Origin: a virus
Virus record (IMG/VR): IMGVR_UViG_3300030107_001446
Location: 135,259 to 199,258 of that record
Reading direction: 5' to 3' (one strand)
Length of the DNA stretch: 64,000 nucleotides
Below, piece by piece: positions 43,928 through 56,900 of the stretch (position 1 is the stretch's first letter; the number at the start of each line of letters is the position of its first letter). Under the pieces are notes generated by a model. It was not told the origin of the DNA, did not search any database, and saw nothing but the letters and a program-made list of their open reading frames with translations. Both the position numbers and the translations under genes were made by a program.

Positions 43928-45916
43928 ATGGCAGGTACAGCATCATTTAACTCAGCAACCCAGATACTTACTGTAGCAGCAGATGGATTACCATCTCCTG
44001 TTGCTTCTGGTGTGTTCCCTAATGATAATAACTCCAATACAATTACAGAGCAGGACTTTGATCATGACTTCCTATACCGTGGAGGAACATTTGGACCTAC
44101 TAGGACTTTTAATTCTAATCAGTATACGCATGACGGTTTCATTAGGTCGATATCGTTAATCTCTAGTGACTTAAATGTCTTTACTGGTAACTTTATCCAA
44201 CCTGGCGATGAAGTTTTATTCGTATTCAGTGATGGTCTGAAGAAAAGATTTATCTATAGAGGTACAACTTTTACATCTATAGAAGGAGAATTCTGGTTAG
44301 CAACATCAGATAGACTTGATTTGATTATGGATACACAGGAAAATACTCCTGTGTCAGGAACATATGAATATTTCGATGCAAGAAATTCCAGATCTGCTAC
44401 ACCTTTAGGTGCTATAGGAATTGCAGGTAACGGAGTTACTATTTTTAACCCATCAGCAGGTGGTGGACTTAACCCTCCTCCTGGTTTTCAGTGGATAGCA
44501 GCAGGAGAGAGTCCTTTTGTTGATTCTGGAGAAGATTCTTGTGGTGGACACCCAGAAACAACTGGTCAGTATCATTATCACGACCCACATTTTATAGATT
44601 GTTGGAATAATAATGGTGCAATGGCAGGTTATAATGATTATTATGGGTCAACACAGTTTAATGGTGATAATTTAAGACATCCAGACGGTCATTCTAAGAT
44701 TTTAGGCATAGCATTTGATGGATTTCCTATTTACGGACCCTATGGATATAACAGTCCCTTTGATAATATTAGTACACCTCGTGTAATGAGGACTTCATAT
44801 CGTGTTAGAGACGTTGAAATACCAGGAAGACCTGATTATGGCAACTCATCTGACAACCCTCCTGCTGGAACCTTAATGGAGGACTGGGAATTTGTTGAAG
44901 GTGTTGGTGATTTAGACACTTGTAATGGTAGATTCTGCACTACACCTGAATATACAACAGGAACTTATGCATATTTCGTCACTGTAGATGAAAATGACAC
45001 CGATGTTGTTAAATTTCCATTCATTATTGGTAAAACAACTAGAGAAACTATTGATACTACCTTTACTAATGAGCCTGTACAGGGTGGTGCACAGTTACCA
45101 GAGGTCACTATTACTGTTACAGTGGGCACAGACTCAGTAAACGGTCAAGCAACAGGTGTATTCTACTTCAATGGTGTTGAAAAACCTGCTAATTTCGCTC
45201 TTGAGAGAGAAACTACGAAGTATATCTTCAATCAAGATGCTGATTCTAATGCAACCTTCGGTGATACTTACCATCCTTTGATGGTATCACCTGGAGAAGA
45301 TGGTGAATTAGCTGGTTACGACCATTATATGATGGGTATTACCTATAAATTGGATGGTGTACCTAAGACTATGATGCAATATCATATGGGATTCGAGGCA
45401 GCAACCACTCGTAGAATGGAATGGGTTGTACCTGCCACTGCACCTAACTTACTTTGGTATTGGTGTCATTTCCATACAGGTCAGGGTAATAGTTTTGCTA
45501 TCTCTGGTGGCACAGTCATCCCAACTCTAGCATTTACACTACAACCACAGAATGTAACTGTAAGTAGTGGTGCAACTGCAACATTTACTGTCCAAACAGA
45601 GATATCTCCAGAAGACGGACCAGTTACTTATCAATGGTATAGGTCTACTGACGGTGGATTTGCATTCAGTGCTGTTACTGGAGCAACAACTGACACATAT
45701 CAGTTGACTGGACTGTCTTATATGACTGGATATCGTTATAGATGTCGTATTACTGGTCCTGTGGGAGCACCAGTACAAGCAGATAACTCCCCATTAGATT
45801 CACAAGCTGCAATTCTAACTGTCACAGGTGGTGGTGATGGTGGAAGCACTGATAATCGCTTCGATAGCACATTGTCAACATTTGACTCTACGCTACAAAC
45901 ATATGATGGTACCTAA
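43928..45916 (+). CDS. YHYH-domain virion protein with cupredoxin-like and Ig-like domains
   Basis: GHP...GQYHYH at 44570-44581; HS.ILG.AFDGFPIYGPYGY; DLD.CNGRF..TPEY..GTYAYF; HPL...YWCHFH; C-terminal QPQNVTV..G..ATF.V...YQWY. Confidence 0.88.
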   Translation: MAGTASFNSATQILTVAADGLPSPVASGVFPNDNNSNTITEQDFDHDFLYRGGTFGPTRTFNSNQYTHDGFIRSISLISSDLNVFTGNFIQPGDEVLFVFSDGLKKRFIYRGTTFTSIEGEFWLATSDRLDLIMDTQENTPVSGTYEYFDARNSRSATPLGAIGIAGNGVTIFNPSAGGGLNPPPGFQWIAAGESPFVDSGEDSCGGHPETTGQYHYHDPHFIDCWNNNGAMAGYNDYYGSTQFNGDNLRHPDGHSKILGIAFDGFPIYGPYGYNSPFDNISTPRVMRTSYRVRDVEIPGRPDYGNSSDNPPAGTLMEDWEFVEGVGDLDTCNGRFCTTPEYTTGTYAYFVTVDENDTDVVKFPFIIGKTTRETIDTTFTNEPVQGGAQLPEVTITVTVGTDSVNGQATGVFYFNGVEKPANFALERETTKYIFNQDADSNATFGDTYHPLMVSPGEDGELAGYDHYMMGITYKLDGVPKTMMQYHMGFEAATTRRMEWVVPATAPNLLWYWCHFHTGQGNSFAISGGTVIPTLAFTLQPQNVTVSSGATATFTVQTEISPEDGPVTYQWYRSTDGGFAFSAVTGATTDTYQLTGLSYMTGYRYRCRITGPVGAPVQADNSPLDSQAAILTVTGGGDGGSTDNRFDSTLSTFDSTLQTYDGT

Positions 45917-45919
45917 ATA
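45913..45919 (+). promoter_or_regulatory. T4-type late promoter variant overlapping a stop codon
   Basis: CTAAATA contains the TAA at 45914-45916; next ATG at 45941. Confidence 0.65.
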
Positions 45920-45940
45920 ACCTTGTAGAAAACTGTACTC

Positions 45941-47419
45941 ATGGCAAAGCAAAATCTCAATATAGGTTCGTCGGCAAACGACGGGACTGGTGACAGTCTG
46001 AGGGATGGTGCTATCAAATTGAATAGCGTCATCAACGAACTGTATACCAATCTGGGAAACGATACCAACCTTCAAATTAATGTAGGGTCTCCGACACAGG
46101 GACAACTACTTAAATGGAATGGTGCTCAGTTTGCTGAGGGCGGTTTTAACTCATTTACTGAAGATGTAGATGTAAATGATTTCTCAATAATATCAAGTGC
46201 AAATGGTGACATTACTCTTAAACCCAATGGGACTGGCGATGTTAAGTTTTGGGCAGCCAATACTGGAAGTGCTCTTACTTATATCGATGGTGAAGATGGA
46301 AAATTAAAATATTCAAATCATTTCCCAACAGTAGGTGATTTACCTGATGTTAACAGTCATCATGGTATGTTTGCCTATGTTTCTGCTGATGGTAAACCTA
46401 GAGTTGCTAGTAGCACTGCTTGGGTACCAATAATAACAGAGCAAAGTGGATTAGGTAGTCTAGGTGACGTTGATATGACCGTTGGTGGCGGTCCAAGTGG
46501 TGGTCAAGTTATTAAATGGAATGGATCAACAAACAAATGGGAACCAGCTAACGATGATTCGTCAGGTGGTGGAGGTGGTGGCACAACTCAAAACCTCTTT
46601 GAAGGAATCACTGCTGACACTGGCAGTACTACTGCTAGTGCTCCTACTGATGTCCTTACAGTTGCGGGAGGCACTAATATCTCGACTACAATCGTCGGAG
46701 ACACCCTCACAATAGCAATGACAGGGACACTTGGTGACCCTGATCAGAATCTCTACAGTGTCATAGGTAGTGATTCAGGAAATAAGACTGCAAATAGTGC
46801 AACAGCACAGATTAATTTCGTTGGTGGCACTGGAGTTTCTACTGCTATAGCAGGAGATGACCTAACAATTACTAATGATGCACCTAACGTAGTCCAAGAA
46901 GTTTATAAAACAATAACAGGTGATAGTGGTACCACAACTGCACAGTTGTCAACCTCTACCCTGAATATTGCAGGTGGTTCAGGATGCACATCAGTAGCAA
47001 CTTCTAATACTTTGACAGTTAATGTAGATGTACCTTTACCATCTACTTCAACTAGAGGACAACAACTAATATTTGATGGTAGTGACTGGATATCAGCAGT
47101 CGCACACGTCAATTTTGACATTACATCTAATATGAGTAATGCATATAGACTATCTGGTGGTGGAGTTGGCACTTCTACTGACAACCCACAAATATACCTC
47201 ATGAGAGGTTTCACATATAGATTCGTTAACACAACTGGTAATGCTCACCCATTTGAAATAAGAGCATCAGCAGGTGGATCTGCCATTACTAATGGTATTA
47301 CAGGTTCAACTACTGGAGTCCAGTATTATACTATCCCACAGACTTTAAGTCCTGGTACCACTTATGTTTATGAGTGTACTGCTCACCCCGCTATGGTAGG
47401 TAACATTGTAATCGTATGA
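45941..47419 (+). CDS. baseplate/fibre-connector protein with gp9/gp10-like N-terminus and C-terminal cupredoxin-like domain
   Basis: MAKQNLNIGSSANDGTGDSLRDGAIKLN...ELY..LG resembles the T4 gp10/gp9 N-terminal motif; repeated TITGDSG.TTA...T.TL.IAGG segments; C-terminal HPF...YECTAHPAMVG. Confidence 0.8.
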   Translation: MAKQNLNIGSSANDGTGDSLRDGAIKLNSVINELYTNLGNDTNLQINVGSPTQGQLLKWNGAQFAEGGFNSFTEDVDVNDFSIISSANGDITLKPNGTGDVKFWAANTGSALTYIDGEDGKLKYSNHFPTVGDLPDVNSHHGMFAYVSADGKPRVASSTAWVPIITEQSGLGSLGDVDMTVGGGPSGGQVIKWNGSTNKWEPANDDSSGGGGGGTTQNLFEGITADTGSTTASAPTDVLTVAGGTNISTTIVGDTLTIAMTGTLGDPDQNLYSVIGSDSGNKTANSATAQINFVGGTGVSTAIAGDDLTITNDAPNVVQEVYKTITGDSGTTTAQLSTSTLNIAGGSGCTSVATSNTLTVNVDVPLPSTSTRGQQLIFDGSDWISAVAHVNFDITSNMSNAYRLSGGGVGTSTDNPQIYLMRGFTYRFVNTTGNAHPFEIRASAGGSAITNGITGSTTGVQYYTIPQTLSPGTTYVYECTAHPAMVGNIVIV

Positions 47420-49356
47420 CAAGAACTGTTCCTGGATCTGGTGCTCAAATTATTCCGATATTTAATAGTGTATCTGGGGTAAGGGACGTTTATGTGATCA
47501 ATGGTGGTGAAGGATACGATCCTAATGACCCTCCTAGATTAAGAATTGAGAATTGTGGTACACCAATCAGGGATGCAGTATTAAGAGCAGTCATTGAAGG
47601 TGAAGCTGGTGTTATAACTGCTGTAGAAGTATTAGATCCAGGTGAAGGATATGATCCACTTAAATTAGTCATCGAAGATGATACTTCAGATGGTAAAGCA
47701 ACTGGACAGATATTCATAAAAGATGATGGTAGTGGTGGAATTGACTTCATTCAGATGACAGTTCCAGGTGACCAGTATTTTGATGCAGTAGCATCTATAC
47801 AAGGTGGTGGTGGATCTGGTGCTGAATTAGTACCTGTTACAGGACTGGTTACTGGTCTAGCGATTGAAGAGCAAGGTAGAAATTATACAGAAGAAGACGT
47901 TAACATCATCATATCAGGTGGTGGAGGACAGGGTGCAACTGGTGTTGCTGCTGTATCTCAGTTTGGTGAAGTTTCTTCTATTACATTAACTAATCAAGGT
48001 GAATTCTTCGAGACACCTCCTCTCATACAAATTATTAAAGGTGGAGGTTCAGGTGCAACAGCAGAAGCGTTTATTGACCTTGGAGTCATTACGAACATTG
48101 ACCTATTGGCAGGTGGTGGAGGTTATAGCACTCCTCCAGAAATTATTTTCACGAGAGATACCAACCTCATCAGGTCAGCAAGAGTCAGACAATCCTTAAA
48201 CTCTACGATATTTAATTTAACAGGATTAGTTACTGACGTAGATACCAGTCAGAATACCATATATGTTGAGTCAACTGCACCTTTCCCAGGTTCAGGTAAG
48301 ATTCTATTAGGTAGAGAGGTTATCAGATATACAGGTAAAACCTCTAAGCATGATGAATCTGACTTAAACGTTAACCCAGATTACGTCCCATGGGATTCAT
48401 TCACAGGATGTGATAGAGGAGTTAACTTTAGATTTGACCAGAAAGTTATCTTAGATAACCTACAGGATGATCCTAATACTGGATTAACAAATTATGATTT
48501 CAATGTAACTGATAAGGTTAGAAGGGTTGTTGAATCCTCTAATAACAGAGTTGCTATTGTATATGATTGGGATAGAGTTAATAGAGCACTATATCTCGTA
48601 TTCCAAGTTGATGAGTTGGCATTTATTGATGGTGGTAGATCCAGTGAACAGTCTAAAATTATAGCATTCGTTGGTGGTACCGCAGGTGCATCTGGCACAG
48701 GTGTTGAACCACATGTTTTATTAGAAGTGGAAGGTGAAGATATAGTTACCTTTACTGACCCATTGTCTTTGATCCTTAACAGAAGGTTTGAGGATAATGA
48801 TGAAGAATACACCGATGAAGAAGGTGTGCAACGATTTGGTGATGGAATTATTGACTTAGTTAACACTGGTACTGAGTTTGAAAACCAGATTAACTTAGAT
48901 GGTGGTATTGCATCATCTAAATATGGTATTGAGGAAACTTTAGGTGGTCAAAATACCACTCTATTCCAATTAGGTGATCAGATATATGATGGAAGTCCTA
49001 ATGCTTTAGTAGCAACTATCCAATCTGCGGGTCAGTTAGGAGATGGTGATGCTCACACATCAACATTCGAGATAGTAGTAGGAGAATTCCAAGTAGGGTC
49101 TGCATATAATCCAGCTGGTGAAGAAATCGAAGGGATTACCAGTGGTGTTAAAGCAACTATGACTCAAGTTTTACCCAATACACCCAAGACAGGCCAGACT
49201 ACATTAATAGGTAGAAGTATTGTCCCTAACCTCGTTGCTTCTCCTGACAAATACTATTTCCAAGATGGCGAAATGCTAAGAGGAAATAATTCTGGTGCTC
49301 AATGTTATATCTTCTCTGTGTCATACGATTTGTATGCCAGAAATGAAGATGATTAA
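47416..49356 (+). CDS. conserved cyanophage baseplate-region structural protein
   Basis: 646 aa with repeated G.GY...P.I.I.GGGG.GA.A linkers as in the gp7-like protein; ATGA overlap with the upstream gene. Confidence 0.8.
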   Translation: MTRTVPGSGAQIIPIFNSVSGVRDVYVINGGEGYDPNDPPRLRIENCGTPIRDAVLRAVIEGEAGVITAVEVLDPGEGYDPLKLVIEDDTSDGKATGQIFIKDDGSGGIDFIQMTVPGDQYFDAVASIQGGGGSGAELVPVTGLVTGLAIEEQGRNYTEEDVNIIISGGGGQGATGVAAVSQFGEVSSITLTNQGEFFETPPLIQIIKGGGSGATAEAFIDLGVITNIDLLAGGGGYSTPPEIIFTRDTNLIRSARVRQSLNSTIFNLTGLVTDVDTSQNTIYVESTAPFPGSGKILLGREVIRYTGKTSKHDESDLNVNPDYVPWDSFTGCDRGVNFRFDQKVILDNLQDDPNTGLTNYDFNVTDKVRRVVESSNNRVAIVYDWDRVNRALYLVFQVDELAFIDGGRSSEQSKIIAFVGGTAGASGTGVEPHVLLEVEGEDIVTFTDPLSLILNRRFEDNDEEYTDEEGVQRFGDGIIDLVNTGTEFENQINLDGGIASSKYGIEETLGGQNTTLFQLGDQIYDGSPNALVATIQSAGQLGDGDAHTSTFEIVVGEFQVGSAYNPAGEEIEGITSGVKATMTQVLPNTPKTGQTTLIGRSIVPNLVASPDKYYFQDGEMLRGNNSGAQCYIFSVSYDLYARNEDD

Positions 49357-49360
49357 CCCC

Positions 49361-49368
49361 TATAAATA
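49361..49368 (+). promoter_or_regulatory. T4-type late promoter
   Basis: Exact TATAAATA, intergenic, upstream of gp8; shares CCCTATAAATA with the gp25 promoter. Confidence 0.85.
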
Positions 49369-49390
49369 TAAAGAAGGCAATCCGTAGACA

Positions 49391-50926
49391 ATGGCGTTAC
49401 TTACCGACCAATTTAGAATTTTTACTGCCGAAAGGTTCCGCAAGGCACTTGAGGGACCTATACCTACACAGTCTGACTTAGAGGCAGGTACTTCTAGGGA
49501 TCGCTTGTATGTGTTCATCGGTAGACCCCAACCATGGGATAACGAGAATGCACCTCCAGACCCAGTAGATTCATTCCAAGAGTTTTCAGATGACTATTCT
49601 GACATGATCTCTATGAAGAGAGTGTTAGCGAATGATACTGTGCAGGTTATCCGTAGGACAGACTGGATACCCCCAGAGCAAACTACTGGTGGATTGGGTT
49701 ATGTTTATGATATGTACCGCCATGATTACTCCTCGACTAAAACTGCATCATCGGGTGCGACGAAACTTTACGACGCAGATTTCTACGTTGTTAACTCGTC
49801 TTATCAGGTTTACAAGTGCATCTTTAATGGGACAAGTCCTTCTGATCCTAACGGTAAACCTTCTACTGTTGAGCCTACTGGTACCTCCACTTCAATTATC
49901 ACAACTGCTGATGGTTACCGTTGGAAGTATATGTTTACGATCCCTGTTGGTCAAGTCTTGAAATTCTTCTCCAATGAGTATATGCCTGTGTTGTCTGACA
50001 CCGCAGTTGTTGCTGATGCTATTGGTGGAGAGATTGATACTGTTATTATTGCATCTTCAGGTGCAGGATATAACAATGGTACATATGAAAACGTCCCCAT
50101 TAAAGGAGACGGTGTAGGTGGTAGAGTATCACTTGTGGTTGATGGTGGTAGAATTGCTTCTGCTACTGTGACATCTGGTGGTAGTGGATACACCTTTGGT
50201 AAAGTAATCATCGATGAAGTCAACGGTATTGGTGCAGGAACTGGTACTGGTGGTAGTGTCGAGGTTGTTATTCCTCCAGTGGAGGGACATGGTGCAGCAC
50301 CTGCTACTGAGTTAGGTGGTTTCCGTGTAATGATAAACACTAAGTTCACCTATGATGAAGGATCTGGTGACTTCCCAACTGATAACGACTATCGTCGTAT
50401 TGGTTTGGTTATTAATCCTAACAAGTTTGGCACTGAAGAGTTAACCTCAGATTTAACATTGAGTGCAACAAAAGCGGTGATATTTGCACCGACCTTTACT
50501 GGAAACTTCCAGACTGATGAAATTATTACCCAATCTCGTACCGTTGGTGGTCAGCAGGTAACTGCAAGAGGTAGGGTTATATCATGGAATAGTACTACTA
50601 AGGTACTAAAGTATTACCAGAATAGAATAGATGGAGTCTTCCCTGAATTTACTGGTAACCTAATTGAGTTTGAAGGTGGTAACCCAATAGTAGGTGCGAT
50701 TTCAGGTGCATCTGCTGACCCTGATATTAACTTCCCCATTGTATCTGGTTCATCAACAAGAATCATTAACAATGCTGAATATGATTTGGGTATGGCATTT
50801 ACCAACGGATATGCAAAAGCAGAAGTAGATCCAAACTCTGGTGACGTTATTTACATAGATAACAGAGGAGCAATCACTCGTGCGGGTGACCAAATTGAAG
50901 ACATCAAAATCGTAATCGAGTTCTAA
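49391..50926 (+). CDS. gp8: baseplate wedge subunit gp8
   Basis: YVFIGRPQPW, M..MKRV, R.DW, YDMYRHDY, FYVVN..Y.VYKC..N and DGY.WKYMFTI motifs. Confidence 0.93.
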   Translation: MALLTDQFRIFTAERFRKALEGPIPTQSDLEAGTSRDRLYVFIGRPQPWDNENAPPDPVDSFQEFSDDYSDMISMKRVLANDTVQVIRRTDWIPPEQTTGGLGYVYDMYRHDYSSTKTASSGATKLYDADFYVVNSSYQVYKCIFNGTSPSDPNGKPSTVEPTGTSTSIITTADGYRWKYMFTIPVGQVLKFFSNEYMPVLSDTAVVADAIGGEIDTVIIASSGAGYNNGTYENVPIKGDGVGGRVSLVVDGGRIASATVTSGGSGYTFGKVIIDEVNGIGAGTGTGGSVEVVIPPVEGHGAAPATELGGFRVMINTKFTYDEGSGDFPTDNDYRRIGLVINPNKFGTEELTSDLTLSATKAVIFAPTFTGNFQTDEIITQSRTVGGQQVTARGRVISWNSTTKVLKYYQNRIDGVFPEFTGNLIEFEGGNPIVGAISGASADPDINFPIVSGSSTRIINNAEYDLGMAFTNGYAKAEVDPNSGDVIYIDNRGAITRAGDQIEDIKIVIEF

Positions 50927-50929
50927 GCA

Positions 50930-53900
50930 ATGCCACAGAATACCAATTTAAATATTAGTCCATACTTTGATGACTTCGATAAAGACAAGAATTTTTATCG
51001 AGTCCTCTTTAGACCTGGGTATCCGATACAGGCAAGAGAGCTTACGACTATGCAATCGATTCTTCAGAATCAGTTGGAGTCGGTTGGACAACACTTCTTT
51101 AAAGAAGGAAGTATGGTTATTCCTGGTCAGGTCGGTTATGACCTACAGGTGCAAGCAATCATACTGCAACAATCTTTCCTTGGTGTAGACGTTGAGACAT
51201 ATCGTACTCAGATTACAGGACAGATTATAGAAGGTATTACCACTGGTATTAAAGCAAAAGTCTTATATTCAATCCCCTCTACAGAGTCTAGTCGTGGATA
51301 TATTACTCTATACGTTAAGTATGTTGAGTCAGGTGACTCTGTAAGTGACACTGGTATCAAGACATTTCAGCCCAACGAGCAACTATTGGCCGAAAATGAA
51401 ATAACTTTCGGTACAACTCTTATTGAGGTTGGATCCCCATTCGCACAATTACTACCTGTTGAATCTACTGCGGTTGCATCAACTGCATATATTAACGCAG
51501 GTGTATACTTTATTAGAGGACATTTTGTAGATGTTGCATCATCATATCTCATCCTTGACCAATATAGTAACAACCCTTCCTACAGAGTTGGACTTGAAGT
51601 CAGTGAATCAATCGTTACGCCAGAAGACGACCCAAGTCTTAATGACAACGCAGCTGGCACATCTAACTATTCTGCTCCAGGTGGTCACAGATTTAGAATT
51701 AAAACTTCTCTCGTTAAGAAACCAATCAACGATGAGACCGATAAAAACTTTATTGAACTACTTCGTATCAACAACTCAAAGATTGAACAGTTCGTTACTC
51801 ACACTGCTTATTCAGAGTTGGAAAGGTCACTTGCAAGGAGAACCTTTGAAGAAAGTGGAGACTATGTAATTGATACCTTCGCTGTTAAGGCAAGAGAAAG
51901 TTTAGACGACGGATTTAATAATGGTGTTTATAGTGCAGGTGAAACAACCTCTGGTGGACAATTAGCATCAGACGATTTAATTTCATTTGAGATTAGCCCA
52001 GGTAGAGCATACGTTAAAGGTTATAGGACAGAGTTTTTGGTACCACAATACGTGGATGCAGACAAACCAAGAGACTTTGATTCAGTGCAAAACGCCATAC
52101 TAGCATTCAGACTAGGGCAGTTTGTAAAGGTTTATGACATCTACGGATGGCCTAATCTAACAGGTGAAGGTGTATCAGCAGCATATCAAACACTTGAGTT
52201 ATATGATGACTGGACACTTAATACCACAAATACTGTAACTGGTACACTAATTGGACGTTGTAGGACAGTCCAGCTTCAGGAAGACCAGACTGGTATTTGG
52301 GATTTGTGGATATTTGATGCTCAAATGTTTACTGCAATCAACTTTGCAGCAGGTAATAACAGTGTTGCAGTGGGTGATTTACTACGTGGTAGGACATCTC
52401 AAGCAACAGGTTTCGTTGCTGAATCAGGTTCAGGTACCAACTGTAGACTAGAGCAAGTTTCAGGTGTCTTCCTAAATGGCGAGGTTATCGAGCGTGATGG
52501 CCGAGTTGTTGGTACAATGGAAGCAGCACATACTTTCAACCTTACAGATACACGTTCATGCGTAGGTAGAGAAGATCCAAGTAATGGTTCATCTACTATT
52601 ATCTTCGGTGCTAACTGGTTATTAAATGACCAAGCAGAAATAGAAGGGTCTACTATTACTATTGACCAAGCAGGTAATAGCAGATTAGAAGGATTTAGGA
52701 CTAAGTTTGCTAATGACTTACGTCCAGGTGATGTTGTTACCTCAACTAATACTTCTTCTGAGGGTGAGAATACTCTTAGGATTCAGACAGTTGACGTTAC
52801 AGCATTGAATATTACAGCACAAAATGCTGCTACAGGTCAGTCAGGATTTATATTTGATTATCTTAATCAGTATGCATTACTAGAAGCAGCTGCCAAAAAA
52901 GGTACTGTTAATGATGCTGAAGTTAACTCACTTATTAGAATGCGTCCTTTCGTATTCCAGAAGGACTATCAGAATGGTGAATTAACTATTGACACACCAA
53001 GGACTTCTATGAAGTCTATTGCTGACGAGTCATTCTTTGTCTATAGGACATTTAATAATAAGACTGTTGTATCTGGTGGTGTTACAGTTTCACTACCTGA
53101 ATCAGAGCAGTTTGCAACACTAGATGATGAAAACTATATCTTAACTATTATTGCTGAATCAGGATCTGCATGGAATGTTGGAGACAACCTTAATATAGAA
53201 GCACTAAGTGAAGCAGGTACATTAACAGTTACCTTTGGTGCTGACAGACAGTCAATTACTATTGACCAACTAGCAAATGTTAATACTATTAAATTAACTG
53301 CTCTAGTTTCTAAGAATATAGTATCTAAAAAAATCAAAACTGCTGCTAAGATGAGAGCGATGAAGGTTATTCGCACTCGGATTAACAACGACCAAACTAA
53401 ATACGGACTTGCCTATGGTAATTTGTATGGCACACGTATTGAAGATGAAGAAATTTCATTCGCTTTGAATGATGTATACAACGTACATGCTGTATACGAA
53501 TCGGAGACTGATGCAGATGCTGCTCCACCATATGTTGTATTAACCGAATCTACTTTCTTTGATAACGGAACTGTTATCGTAGGTAGGACATCAGGTGCAC
53601 GTGGTAGAGTTATTCAGTTTATCAACTCCACATTAAGACTATACTTTGTGCAGTTAAATGAAATACCATTTGCTGCGGGTGAGACTATTGATGGTGTAGA
53701 TGATGATGGTGTACCACTTAACGCAATCGTTGATGACGCTGAAGGATCAGTATCTAGGGGTAGTAAAGTTATTACCACTCAGTATACTCTTGAAGCAGGT
53801 CAGAAGGCACACTTCTATGATGTTTGTAAGATTACAAGGTATCCACAGTATACCCCACCAATCAGAAAACTTCTTGTTATATTTGATTACTTCATACATG

Positions 53901-56900
53901 AATCATCAGGTGACTACTTTGCATCACAGTCATACACAGGTATAGACTATAAAGATATTCCAAAATACAAACTAGATGGATCTATTAACTTCTTGAGAGA
54001 CCAAGTAGACTTCCGTCCAGGTGTAGGAGAATTAGCATCAGGGTCAGGTACAGTTACACAACCATTCTATGTTAACTGTGCGTCACTAGACTTTGCTGCA
54101 AGACAATTTGACACCTCTGGAGGTGTTGGTGGATCTACTATCTTCGATATACCGAAGGTTAATACAGAGATTCGTATGGACTATGCATACTATCTCCCAC
54201 GTGCAGATAAGTTATATTTAACGCACGATAACCAACTTAAGGTAGTTAAAGGTGTATCCTCTGAGGACTTACCTCCCCCAGACGGTATCGAGAATGCTAT
54301 GCTATTAGCACAGATTGAATACCGCCCATATGTTTATGACGTAGAAAGAGACATTCTGATTAACCCAGAAATCATTCGTCGTTATACGATGAAAGATATC
54401 GGAGATTTAGAGACACGTCTTGAGCACGTTGAATACTACACATCATTGTCACTGCTAGAGGTACAAGCAGAAAATACTAAGACATATGATGACAACGGAT
54501 TTGACCGTCTTAAGAATGGTTACGTTGTTGATGACTTCACTGACCATAACGTTGGTGACGTGTTTAGTATTGACTACAAATGCTCTCTCGATTTCCAAAA
54601 CGGATTCCTCAGACCGTCACACTATACTACAAACGTACCACTAGAATTAAATATGGCTTCGTCTTCTAATATAGTGAAGACAGAAGGTAACATGGCATTG
54701 CTGCCATGGGATGATTTAGCAATCATCACTCAACCCTATGCATCTAGGGTAGAGAATGTAAACCCATTTAACGTGTTTACTTTCATCGGTAGAGTTGACT
54801 TAACTCCTGCATCTGATGACTGGTTAGATACTAAGAGATTACCTGCACGTGTTGAAAACGTAGAAGGTGACTTCTCTGCTGTATCAAGAGATTTACAAGT
54901 TGACCAGAATGGTTTCGCACCTATCCAGTGGGGTAGTTGGAAGACTAACTGGACTGGAGAATCTCTACTATCCACATCACAGTTTAGGAATAGGTCTGGT
55001 AGTTTCTCAGCAGGTGGTCGTAAACTAGGAAGATTAGGTCACGGACAAGGAAGACAACCCATCTTCGTACATGAAAGAAGGACTTGGAGGGTTGTTAATA
55101 ACCAAGCAAGACAGGGTATTAGGACTCGTGTAGTACCAAAGATTGATAGAAAGTCTTTAGGTGATAGCGTATTATCACAAACAGCGATTCCATGGATACG
55201 TTCACGAAACGTAGCCTTCAACGTAGAGCGTATGAAGCCTCGCACAAGAGTATTTGCATTCTTCGATGGAGTTAACGTATCTACTTACATTACCCCTAAA
55301 GTAATTGAGTTAGTTAAGTCATCTACTGCTAACCCATTAAGTAATGAAACACCCTTTGTTACAGGTGAAACTGTAGTTGGTAGTATCTCAGGTTGTCGTC
55401 TTAAAGTCGCTGCTGCGAATGATGGATATGCAACTGACCCTTATGCTACAGGTACCGCTACACTACAAGAGTCTTATGCATCAAATACTCCATATATTAA
55501 CATAGATACGAAGTCATTGGCCGAGAGCGTCAATCCAAACTACTATGGTAATATGGTGATTGGTGAAATATTGATAGGACAGACATCTGGAGCACGTGGT
55601 GTTGTTAAAGACCGTCGTCTATTGACTGACAATATTGGTAACCTACAAGGTACATTCTTCATACCTAACCCAGGTAATGATTCCAACCCACGTTGGGCAA
55701 CAGGTACTAGGACATTCCGTTTTACTACCTCCTCTACTAATAGTAAGGCAAGTGGTGAAGTAGATTCTTCTGCTGAAACTACTTACACAGCACAAGGTGA
55801 ATTGAAAACTGTTAGAGAAAATATTCTTGCAGTTAGAAATGCAGAGTTGGTTAGAGATACCGTTTCAGATACGAGACAGGTTATCACTACTAGGACTGAG
55901 ACAAGGCAGATTGGTTGGTATGACCCTCTTGCTCAATCATTCCTATGTGATGAAGAAGGTGGTGTATTCTTAACTGGTGTTGATGTATTCTTCAAAACAA
56001 AGGATGCCAACATCCCTATCTCTATGCAGATAAGGACTATGGAGAATGGTTATCCCACTAAGGATATCCTACCTTTCTCAGATGTGACTATCAGTCCTTC
56101 ACAGATTGAGTTGTCTGACAACGCAGCAATTCCATCAAGGTTTACATTCAGGTCTCCTGTTTATATCAAACAATCAACTGAATATTGTTTCGTATTACTA
56201 TCTGACTCTAACGAGTATACCGTATGGATATCTCGAATGGGTGATATAGATGTATCAGGAACAAGGACTATATCTGAGCAGCCATATGCGGGTGTGCTAT
56301 TCAAATCACAAAACGCATCTACTTGGACTGCTGACCAGTTTGAGGACATGAAGTTTACAGTATACCGTGCTAAGTTTAATCAGATGCAAGGTACTGCAAT
56401 TCTCAATAACGCTGAATTAGGTAAAGGTAATGGAGGTATTCATAACCTTATTGAGAATCCAATCCTCACATTAAAACCAAAACAAACCTTACTTCTACCT
56501 GCTACACAAAACTTTAACTTTACTATAGGTGCAAGGATTAAGCAGGAACCATCAGGAGCATCTGCTACTATAGTAGAATTTGACTCAATATCAGATCCAG
56601 AGAAGTTAACCATCACAGATATAGATGGTGCATTCGCAGCAGGATTTTTAGATGCTAACAATGACCCATTCCAAGGACTTAGGTCTTCACAGTCAGTTTC
56701 TTCAATAGTATTATCTGCTGTATATAATGGCACGTTTGAAGTTGGAGATGTGGTAACAGGTTCAACATCTGGTGCTACAGGTACAGTTACTGCATACGAT
56801 GCAGGTACAACAACTTTGACATTAAATTATATCAGTAAGGCATTTGATACTGGAGATACATTATCAGAGCCAGGAGGCACATCTGCTACTATTACAAGCA

